Shown: positions 25,474 to 32,000, counted from the first letter of the stretch. The stretch is 32,000 nucleotides of DNA from Anaerolineae bacterium (GCA_020848035.1 JADLAX010000027.1:41528-73527), one strand, 5' to 3'. Notes: generated by a model not told the origin, from the sequence alone. Numbers and translations: made by a program.

Positions 25474-25538
25474 GGACTACCACAACCAGTTGTTTGGTTT
25501 TCGTCACTGGCGGCTGGGCGCTGTCTGCAAGGTGCGGC

Positions 25539-25967
25539 CTACCAGGCCGCCAACTCTTTCTGGGCGATGATTTTGTCCACCTTGATCCGCACCAGCAGCT
25601 CGCCGGGCACGCTGTTGCGCTGGCCAAACGCTTCGGCCTGGTCTGCACCCATGTAGCGTGCACCAATGCGGGTGGCCCACTTCCGGCTCTCGGCCGGGTC
25701 GTCGGTAATTTCCACAGTGCCTTCCACCAGCACAAAGGCATACGGGGCTATTTCTTCATCAACGGTGAGGGCGATACGGCCGTCCCGCACCAAATTTTTC
25801 CCCTTCACCGATTCATGCCAGGTATTGAAGATCAAATCCTCCCCATCCAGCACAAACCAGATAGGGGCCACATGAGGACGGCCGTCGGCCCGTACCGTCG
25901 CCAACTTGCCCGTGCGCGTGCCCGTGGCCAGAAATTCATACGCTTCCGCCTTGCTCATCTTTTTCAT
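25539..25967 (-). CDS. Pyridoxamine 5'-phosphate oxidase (PPOX) family, probable F420-dependent class protein
   Basis: 142 aa. Typical split-barrel PPOX N-terminus (EAYEFLATGTRTGKLATVRADGRPHVAPIWFVLDGEDLIF). GGGAGG SD upstream. Confidence 0.82.
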   Translation of the reverse strand: MKKMSKAEAYEFLATGTRTGKLATVRADGRPHVAPIWFVLDGEDLIFNTWHESVKGKNLVRDGRIALTVDEEIAPYAFVLVEGTVEITDDPAESRKWATRIGARYMGADQAEAFGQRNSVPGELLVRIKVDKIIAQKELAAW

Positions 25968-26124
25968 CGTTTACCTCCCGGTTAAGTTTTTAGGTAGACA
26001 TCTGGTAGAATAGCATTCTTACGTCCCACGCTGAAGAAGGAATGGGATTACGGCCGTTCTTAGTACCGCTTAATCATTTTAGGCCAAAATTGTGGGAGAA
26101 TAGAGCGTAAGTGCATAATCGAGT

Positions 26125-26247
26125 GATGGAAGAAGGAAGAAGGAAGAAGAAAAAGTGAAAAGTAAAAAGTAGACGTTCACCTACCACTTTTGACTTATCA
26201 CTTTTCACTAATCACTTCACTCAATCCTCTCTCACTTTTAACTCACT
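26125..26247. repeat. Inverted pair of phased heptamer arrays (7 purine-rich units, then 10 pyrimidine-rich units)
   Basis: gatggaa gaaggaa gaaggaa gaagaaa aagtgaa aagtaaa aagtaga (26125-26173), then cacctac cactttt gacttat cactttt cactaat cacttca ctcaatc ctctctc actttta actcact (26178-26247). It ends 16 nt before the UPF0182 ATG. Confidence 0.82.
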
Positions 26248-26263
26248 CCGAAGGACGGGAAAA

Positions 26264-29170
26264 ATGAGTCGTGACAACTGGGACATCCCAGAAGTGTTTC
26301 GCCGGGCTATGGAAGAGGCCGGCTGGGAAGGCAATAAAGGTGAGGGCAATGAAGGGGGCGAAGGCGGCGGTCAGCGCCCGCCCATTCCCAATCGCCCAAC
26401 ACAGCCGGGCCGCAGCAACCGCAGTTGGTGGATCGTTGGCATTCTCTTTTTGTTGTTCATCAGCCTCAACTGGATAGTGGGGGTTTATACCGATTGGCTC
26501 TGGTTCAACGAGCTAAATTACCAGAGCGTCTGGCTAAAGCGCTGGAGCTACCAGCTGGGCAGCTTTATCGCCTTTTTTCTAGTTGCCTTCCTTATTTTCT
26601 GGGGCAACTGGCGGCTGGCACGCCAGCGGGCTATCAAGGCCACCCCGCCGTTTTACCCGCGTTTTCTGCAAATCCGCGGCATCCCCTGGCTCATGAGTGG
26701 CGCGGCCCTTTTGTTGGCCTTTGGCTTTGCCAGCTCTATTGCCGTGCGCTGGGACGAATTTCTGCTTTTTCTCAACCGCGTACCTTTTGGCACGGCCGAT
26801 CCCATCTTTGGCCGCGATATCAGCTTCTATCTGTTTGAGCTGCCCGTCTACGAGGCGCTGCAGCAGTGGGCCAGCTCCTTGCTGCTGCTGACGCTGCTGG
26901 GCGTGCTGGCCATTTACGCTGTGAACAACATCGTTGATATTCAGCGGGGCAAGTGGCGGCCGCAGGAATCGGTAATTTTGCGGCAGCATGTGGCCCTGCT
27001 GGCGGCACTGATTTTGCTGCTGTGGGCTGTAGGCTACCTGTTCCAGATTTTTAACCTCAACTATTCACCCCGTGGGGTGGTGTTTGGGGCCAGCTACACC
27101 GACATGAACGCGACGATCTATGCCCTGTATGCCCAAATGGCCTTCATGGGGCTGGCGGCGCTGGTGATGTTGTTTAATGTCTTTCGGCTGAGTTTACGGC
27201 CGTTGCTCCTCATTGGCGCTCTCTGGCTGGCGGCCACAGTGTTGCTGGGTGGCGTCTATCCCGCTATCTTACAGCGGTACGAAGTGGAACCCAATGAACT
27301 GGTGCGCGAGACACCCTACATCCAGTACAACATCGAATTTACCCGCCTGGGCTTTAACCTGGACAAGATTGAAGTACGCAACTTCAGCGAGGTTGATACC
27401 CTAAGCCAGGGTGACGTTACAACCAACAGCGCCGTGTTGTCGAACATTCGCTTGTGGGATTATCGGCCATTACAGCTTACCTTCACCCAATTGCAGGCGT
27501 TACGGCCGTATTACGTCTTTGGTGAAGTCGATATCGATCGCTACGAAATTGACGGTGAAATCCAGCAAGTCATGCTGGCCGCCCGCGAACTCGACAAAAG
27601 CAAGCTATCTTCCCTCTCCTGGGTCAACGAAAGGCTGGAATTCACCCACGGCTATGGCATCGTCATGAACCCCGTCGACCGCTTTACCACCGACGGCCAG
27701 CCCGAATTTTTCATCAAAAACCTGCCGCCAGAGAGTGAAATCCCGCTGCAAGTTACCCGCCCCGAAATCTACTACGGCGAATTCACCAATGACGAGGTGT
27801 TTGTTGGCAGCGCCCGCGAAGAGTTTAGCTACCCCAGCGGTAACGAAAACGTCTACTCCAGCTACGAAGGCAGCGGCGGTGTACCGCTCGACAACTTCCT
27901 CAAACGCATAGCCTTTGCCCTCCGCCTCGGCGACGCCAACGTCCTGCTCAGCGATGAAATCAACACCCAAACCCGGGTGCAAATCCACCGCCAGATTCAG
28001 GAACGGGTGCGGCTGCTGACCCCCTTCCTGGCCCTGGACAGCGATCCCTACGTGGTGCTCACGAATGATGGCAACCTCATCTGGGTGCAGGATGCCTTTA
28101 CCTACAGCAGGCGTTTCCCCTACGCGACACCCAACAGCATCCTGCCCAACAGCGATATTCCCGGCGAGCTTGCCAATATTAACTACGTGCGCAACGCCGT
28201 TAAAATCACCATTGATGCCTACAACGGAACCGTCAACTACTACGTTGTGGACGAACAAGACCCCATCATCCAATCATACAGCCGTGCCTTCCCTGGTCTC
28301 TTTAAGCCGTTCAGCGAAATGCCGGAAAATCTGCAAAACCATCTACGCTACCCGGAAGATTTGTTCACCATTCAGGCGCAGCAATACCTGCGCTACCACA
28401 TGACCGACGTCCGCGTTTTCTTCAACCAGGAAGACGTGTGGCAAATCCCGCAAGAGGTGTATGAAGGCAATCAGCAGCTAATGGAGCCGTACTATGTCAT
28501 CATGCCGCTGCCTGGGGAAACAGAAAGTGAATACTTACTTATCCAACCGTTTAACCCCACCGGCAAAGACAACATGATCGCCTGGATGGCCGCCCGCAAC
28601 GATCCCGCCAACTACGGCCAGTTGGTGATGTATGAACTGCCCAAGCAGGAGCTTGTTTTTGGCCCGATGCAAATCGAAAGCCGCATCAACCAGGATTCCT
28701 TCATCTCGCAGCAGTTTGCCCTCTGGGATCAGGGTGGCTCCAACGTGCTGCGCGGCAATCTGCTGGTGATTCCTCTGGGCAACAGCTTTTTGTACGTGGA
28801 ACCCATCTACCTGCAAGCCTCAACCAGCGCTCTGCCCGAACTCAAGCGGGTGATCGTGGCCACCGATACCCGGATCGCCATGGATTTGACGCTAGACCGG
28901 GCCTTAACGGCCCTGCTGGCCGCCGAGCCGGGCGAAATTACGCCTGAGCTTGAAGGGCTGGAAACGGCCGAAGATCCAGTACCCGAACCAACTACACCCA
29001 CCATCCCCACTGCCCCGCTTGATGCCTCCGTGGAAGAGCTGATCGCCTCGGCCAACGCCCACTTTGAAGCGGCTCAAGCAGCCCAGCAAAGCGGCGATTG
29101 GGCCACCTACGGCGCTGAATTGAAAGCTCTGGAAAGTGACCTGGCCCGGTTAATGGAACTGACGGAGTAG
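26264..29170 (+). CDS. UPF0182 family large membrane protein
   Basis: 968 aa. Gly/Glu/Pro-rich N-terminus, about 7 TM helices, then a large soluble region with UPF0182-typical stretches (YIQYNIEFTR, LWDYRPL, LRPYYVFGEVDIDRY, LIQPFNPTGKDNMIAWMAA). Confidence 0.88.
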   Translation: MSRDNWDIPEVFRRAMEEAGWEGNKGEGNEGGEGGGQRPPIPNRPTQPGRSNRSWWIVGILFLLFISLNWIVGVYTDWLWFNELNYQSVWLKRWSYQLGSFIAFFLVAFLIFWGNWRLARQRAIKATPPFYPRFLQIRGIPWLMSGAALLLAFGFASSIAVRWDEFLLFLNRVPFGTADPIFGRDISFYLFELPVYEALQQWASSLLLLTLLGVLAIYAVNNIVDIQRGKWRPQESVILRQHVALLAALILLLWAVGYLFQIFNLNYSPRGVVFGASYTDMNATIYALYAQMAFMGLAALVMLFNVFRLSLRPLLLIGALWLAATVLLGGVYPAILQRYEVEPNELVRETPYIQYNIEFTRLGFNLDKIEVRNFSEVDTLSQGDVTTNSAVLSNIRLWDYRPLQLTFTQLQALRPYYVFGEVDIDRYEIDGEIQQVMLAARELDKSKLSSLSWVNERLEFTHGYGIVMNPVDRFTTDGQPEFFIKNLPPESEIPLQVTRPEIYYGEFTNDEVFVGSAREEFSYPSGNENVYSSYEGSGGVPLDNFLKRIAFALRLGDANVLLSDEINTQTRVQIHRQIQERVRLLTPFLALDSDPYVVLTNDGNLIWVQDAFTYSRRFPYATPNSILPNSDIPGELANINYVRNAVKITIDAYNGTVNYYVVDEQDPIIQSYSRAFPGLFKPFSEMPENLQNHLRYPEDLFTIQAQQYLRYHMTDVRVFFNQEDVWQIPQEVYEGNQQLMEPYYVIMPLPGETESEYLLIQPFNPTGKDNMIAWMAARNDPANYGQLVMYELPKQELVFGPMQIESRINQDSFISQQFALWDQGGSNVLRGNLLVIPLGNSFLYVEPIYLQASTSALPELKRVIVATDTRIAMDLTLDRALTALLAAEPGEITPELEGLETAEDPVPEPTTPTIPTAPLDASVEELIASANAHFEAAQAAQQSGDWATYGAELKALESDLARLMELTE

Positions 29171-29239
29171 ATGAGGGATAAAGGATGAGAGATGAGGGAT
29201 GAGAGATGAGGGATGAGGGATGAAGTGGGAGGTGAGAGG
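29170..29239. repeat. Ten-unit phased heptamer array GATGAGR
   Basis: gatgagg gataaag gatgaga gatgagg gatgaga gatgagg gatgagg gatgaag tgggagg tgagagg. It starts at the last base of the UPF0182 stop codon. Confidence 0.85.
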
Positions 29240-29316
29240 GGGCTGTTTTGGCTTTCACTTCTCATTTTTCTGTCAAGTCCTAAAATAAGTTGACACAAAA
29301 TAGTGACTACTTCACA

Positions 29317-30132
29317 TCATTTATCAAAATGAATTTCAGCAGGTTTGGCATAGCCCAACGACAAATGTGGGCGGTCGTAGTTGTACAGCCAAACCGCTTC
29401 GGCCACAGCCTGTTGCGCGTGCGCCACATTGACAAACAGGTCATCAAGACCATACTCGTTCTTTAAAATGCCGTTCATACGTTCGGCCAAAGCGTTGTCG
29501 TAGCAGTTGCCTACCTCACCCATGCTGGGTAGCAAGCTGTGCTCTCTGAGGCAATCACGGTACGGCCAAGAAGTGTATTGCACGCCATGGTCGGAATGAT
29601 GGACCAACCCGGCCACCGGACAATGGGCCTGGTTGATAGCCAGCTGCAAAGCACGCAGGCAGCCTTCCGTGGCCAAAGAGGTAGAAATATCATAACCGAC
29701 AATAAAGCGCGAAAAGGCATCGGTCAGCAGAGCCAGATAGACAAAGCCCGTTTCCGTCGTGATGTAGGTGATGTCACCAACCCACGCTTGATAGGGAGCC
29801 TCCAACGTCAATTCCGCCAGACGATTGGGGCAACGCCAGGAGCCAGCTAAGGTGGTTCGCCGTTGATTCCGCTTGGGGACAATCAGTAACTCATGGGCGC
29901 GTAGCAGGTTAAAAAAAGCATCTCGACCACGGGTAATCTCCAGGTTTCCCCAGCAGGGCCGCAGTTCATGATACAGCTTGCGTCCTCCCATCTGGGGATG
30001 GAGCCGCCGTTTTTCTTTGACCAAGTCCAGGAGGATCTGGTTCTCAGCTTCCTGTTGCTGCTGTCGCTGTTTGGCTTGAAAGTAGGCTTGACGGCTGATG
30101 TCAAACCAGGTCACGGCGGCTTGAGTCGTCAC
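29317..30132 (-). CDS. IS3-family transposase OrfB (DDE/rve integrase domain)
   Basis: WVGDITYITTETGFVYLALLTDAFSRFIVGY (first D), HSDHGVQYTS (second D), NCYDNALAERMNGILKNE (E). The frame is -1 relative to orfA, so the natural product is probably an OrfAB fusion. Confidence 0.9.
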   Translation of the reverse strand: MTTQAAVTWFDISRQAYFQAKQRQQQQEAENQILLDLVKEKRRLHPQMGGRKLYHELRPCWGNLEITRGRDAFFNLLRAHELLIVPKRNQRRTTLAGSWRCPNRLAELTLEAPYQAWVGDITYITTETGFVYLALLTDAFSRFIVGYDISTSLATEGCLRALQLAINQAHCPVAGLVHHSDHGVQYTSWPYRDCLREHSLLPSMGEVGNCYDNALAERMNGILKNEYGLDDLFVNVAHAQQAVAEAVWLYNYDRPHLSLGYAKPAEIHFDK

Positions 30133-30155
30133 TTGGTCGGCTTGCCGGATATGGT

Positions 30156-30521
30156 CTATGATTTCTTGCCGAAATTTTTTTTAAGGTCTAGGCGCAACGC
30201 TTCACTGGCCACCGTGAGTGTCGCTTCCAACATGCGGTTATCCAGGGTACTTTGAGCCAGGGCTGATTCCAACTCGGCGACCCGTCGTTTGAGTGCTTTG
30301 AGCCCCTCCTGGTCTTCGGCTGTTTGGATGACTACCAGCTCGGCACGGTAACCAAAACGGCCGTATCGTTCGATCCATCGTTGCACGGTGAGATGCGACC
30401 CGATACCGTATTTGTCGCGCAAGCTGTAAATGCTGGCCCCGGCTTCATATTCACGCACAACTTGTTGCTTGAAGGCCAGGCTGTAACGTCTGACGGTTTC
30501 TTTTTTCATAAGGTTGCCCAT
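30156..30521 (-). CDS. IS3-family transposase OrfA (HTH)
   Basis: 121 aa. RRYSLAFKQQVVREYEAGASIYSLRDKYGIGSHLTVQRWIERY HTH region plus a leucine-zipper-like tail. The alternative start is the ATG at 30509. Confidence 0.88.
   Translation of the reverse strand: MGNLMKKETVRRYSLAFKQQVVREYEAGASIYSLRDKYGIGSHLTVQRWIERYGRFGYRAELVVIQTAEDQEGLKALKRRVAELESALAQSTLDNRMLEATLTVASEALRLDLKKNFGKKS
30175..30182 (-). other. A8 slippery run: candidate programmed -1 ribosomal frameshift site of the IS3 transposase
   Basis: The minus strand reads CTT AAA AAA AAT near the end of orfA. The orfB frame is exactly -1 relative to orfA (first-base coordinates are 2 mod 3 for orfA and 0 mod 3 for orfB). Confidence 0.7.
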
Positions 30522-30572
30522 CCTAAAGGGTAATTATATCTGTCAACTATATTTAGGACGGGTCAGGTCATT

Positions 30573-30612
30573 CACTTCTCACTTCTCACTTCTCACTTTT
30601 TACTTCTCACTG
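30573..30612. repeat. Phased heptamer array CACTTCT (about 5.5 units)
   Basis: cacttct cacttct cacttct cactttt tacttct cactg, directly after the IS3 right end and 7 nt before the DinB-family ATG. A remnant, tttcacttctcattttt, lies on the other side of the IS (29254-29270). Confidence 0.85.
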
Positions 30613-30618
30613 TCAAAC

Positions 30619-31083
30619 ATGAGTAAACGTGCCGTTCTCCTGGATGCCCTGGCCAGTATGCCCCAAGATGTGGCTTTCATGCTGCGCCGGGCGGAGGGGA
30701 CGGCCGTTTACCACCGCCCTACCCCCCAGGAATGGTCCATCGCCGATGTGCTGCTGCACCTGGCCACGATGGAACGACTGGTCCTGACCCGGCTGCAAAA
30801 GATCGTTCAGGAGGAACGGCCGTTTCTCCCCACCCTTCACCCGGAAACCCAACCAGAACCCGATCCCCGACCGCTGGCCGAGCTGGTAACGGCCGTCCAC
30901 GACGCCCGCCAGCAAACCCTCACCTTCCTCCATACCCTCAAGGCAGGCGATTGGCAGCGAACGGCCGTGCACGAAACCCTCGGCGCAACCAGGTTTCGCT
31001 TCATGGTCCAGCTCCTCGTCGACCACGACACCGAGCATCTCAACCAGATCATCGAAATTCAAACCAGTCTCAAATCCCGCTAA
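30619..31083 (+). CDS. DinB-family (DinB_2 four-helix bundle) protein
   Basis: The ORF track start at 30514 lies inside the IS terminal repeat. The ATG at 30619 gives MSKRAVLLDALASMP... with DinB-type His motifs (DVLLHLATMERL, LLVDHDTEHLNQI). Confidence 0.82.
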   Translation: MSKRAVLLDALASMPQDVAFMLRRAEGTAVYHRPTPQEWSIADVLLHLATMERLVLTRLQKIVQEERPFLPTLHPETQPEPDPRPLAELVTAVHDARQQTLTFLHTLKAGDWQRTAVHETLGATRFRFMVQLLVDHDTEHLNQIIEIQTSLKSR

Positions 31084-31115
31084 CGATATTTTTCCGGAAT
31101 CCGTCGATTTCAGTT

Positions 31116-31182
31116 GTCATTCCCGCGTAGGCGGGAATCTACTCCGGTGAACCTGATGGATACCCGCCTACGCGGGTATGAC
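31116..31182. repeat. REP/BIME-like pair of inverted GC-rich hairpins
   Basis: gtcATTCCCGCgtagGCGGGAAT (31116-31138) and ATACCCGCctacGCGGGTATgac (31160-31182). Each forms an 8-bp stem with a 4-nt loop. The two arms are 21/23 reverse complements, separated by a 21-nt spacer. Confidence 0.7.
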
Positions 31183-31351
31183 ACACTTTCTGAAGCTGCC
31201 GTATGGAAAGATCGTACTGAACGCTAAATTCCCCGGCCGCGCGGTTGACAGTGGCGCAGAAAACGTTAAGCTTCCAGCTGTGATGACTGGCTGCGACCCA
31301 ACGGCCGTACCCGCCAGGAGGCATCACCATTCCGTCATGATGAGGTTACCG

Positions 31352-32000
31352 ATGAACAAACTTGAACAACTGCTGGCAGACAACGATTACCTGATCGCCG
31401 ATGGCGGCATGGGCACCATGCTCATGGCCGCCGGTTTGGAGCAGGGCGATCCGCCAGAAATGTGGAACATTCTGCATCCCGACCGCATTCGCGCCGTGCA
31501 TCGTGGGTATATCGAAGCCGGTTCCCAGATTATTCTCACCAACTCCTTTGGCGGCACCTGCTTCCGCCTCAAGCTGCACAAGCTGCAAGACCGCGCCTTT
31601 GAGCTGAACAAAGCCGCTGCCGAACTGGCCCGCGCCGAAGCCGACGCCGCCGACCATCCGGTGGTGGTGGGCGGCTCGCTTGGCCCGTCGGGCGAAATTA
31701 TGGAGCCAGTCGGTGCGCTTAGCTTTGCTGAGGCCGTGGCCGGGTTTGCCGAGCAAGCCGCCGGGCTGGCCGCTGGCGGCGTAGACGTGCTGTGGATCGA
31801 AACGATGAGCGACATCAGCGAGGTGCGCGCTGCCGTTGAAGGCTGCCGCCAGGCGACCGACCTGCCCATTGTGGCCACGATGACCTTTGACACCAACGGC
31901 CGTACCATGATGGGCGTCACCCCGGCGCAGGCGTATGCCGAACTCAGCGCCATGAACCTCACCGCCCTGGGTGGCAACTGCGGCAATGGCCCGGCCGAAA
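31352..32000 (+). CDS. Homocysteine S-methyltransferase domain protein (MetH N-terminal module or stand-alone Hcy methyltransferase), 5' part; continues beyond the window
   Basis: Not in the ORF track because it is open-ended. ATG at 31352 with GAGG 6 nt upstream. It reads MNKLEQLLADNDYLIADGGMGTMLMAAGL...IILTNSFGG...VDVLWIETMSD...ALGGNCGNGP, the Hcy-binding (S-methyl_trans) domain signatures. Confidence 0.87.
   Translation, partial: MNKLEQLLADNDYLIADGGMGTMLMAAGLEQGDPPEMWNILHPDRIRAVHRGYIEAGSQIILTNSFGGTCFRLKLHKLQDRAFELNKAAAELARAEADAADHPVVVGGSLGPSGEIMEPVGALSFAEAVAGFAEQAAGLAAGGVDVLWIETMSDISEVRAAVEGCRQATDLPIVATMTFDTNGRTMMGVTPAQAYAELSAMNLTALGGNCGNGPAE

Larger units (their letters stand above)
29271..30570 (-). 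mobile_element. IS3-family insertion sequence (~1.3 kb) with imperfect terminal inverted repeats
   Basis: The left end is TGTCAAGTCCTAAAATAAGTTGACA (29271-29295). The reverse complement of the right end is TGACCCGTCCTAAATATAGTTGACA (30565-30541). Both ends are TG...CA. The element contains orfA and orfB with a -1 frame relationship. A possible 3-bp TSD is TTC (29268-29270 / 30571-30573) if the right end is at 30570; the exact right boundary (30565 or 30570) is uncertain. Confidence 0.85.

Noticed and set aside
27605-28273. 222-aa minus-strand ORF inside UPF0182
   Set aside because: It lies antisense to a long, motif-bearing ORF. It is Val/Gly/Ala/Asp-rich shadow sequence.
29170-29270. Possible CRISPR array or minisatellite-encoded peptide (antisense ORFs reading PSSLISHPSSLI)
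   Set aside because: The units are 7 nt with no spacers, far from CRISPR geometry (about 25-40 nt repeats with unique spacers). The ORFs are just translations of the repeat.
30514-30618. Upstream extension of the DinB-family ORF
   Set aside because: The extension starts inside the IS3 terminal inverted repeat and reads through the heptamer array (SHFSLLTFYFSLS). It is an artefact of the insertion, so the ATG at 30619 is used.
31346-31986. Minus-strand ORFs 31346-31756 and 31387-31986
   Set aside because: The plus strand here encodes an obvious homocysteine S-methyltransferase domain (ADGGMGT, ILTNSFGG, GGNCGNGP) that the ORF track omits because it is open-ended. The minus-strand ORFs are shadows.

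Overview
GC-rich (about 55-60% by eye) bacterial chromosomal window. I call 32 protein-coding genes, 27 on the minus strand, and found no rRNA, tRNA or CRISPR array. Core genes: the hrcA-grpE-dnaK heat-shock operon with a perfect CIRCE operator, a polyprenyl-phosphate sugar transferase, an S41 C-terminal processing protease, a tandem double-SDR fusion, recN, nadK, hisS, secD-secF with a tightly coupled lipoprotein gene, a Zn-dependent ADH, a UPF0182 membrane protein, a DinB-family protein, and the start of a homocysteine S-methyltransferase-domain gene. Accessory genes: one IS3-family element (orfA/orfB with an A8 slippery run), a GxxExxY (PD-(D/E)XK) gene, a low-GC lipoprotein gene, a Cas4-like nuclease split by one in-frame TAG, and several small operons of unknown role. 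Gene content (UPF0182, PPOX/F420-type protein, GxxExxY, hrcA-grpE-dnaK order) weakly suggests a Chloroflexota- or Actinobacteria-like lineage; this is inference only. The most unusual signals are at the DNA level. (1) The 8-bp palindrome ACGGCCGT occurs 60 times by my manual count, against roughly one expected, in all reading frames, on genes of both strands, and in spacers; this resembles cyanobacterial HIP1 but is a different word. (2) Intergenic spacers are filled with strictly phased 7-10 nt word arrays, similar to cyanobacterial STRR repeats. (3) Two low-GC single-gene islands are each bracketed by about 31-32 bp imperfect terminal inverted repeats built from such words. (4) The IS3 copy sits inside one of the arrays. 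All coordinates, counts and motif calls come from reading the sequence by eye; nothing was searched against databases.
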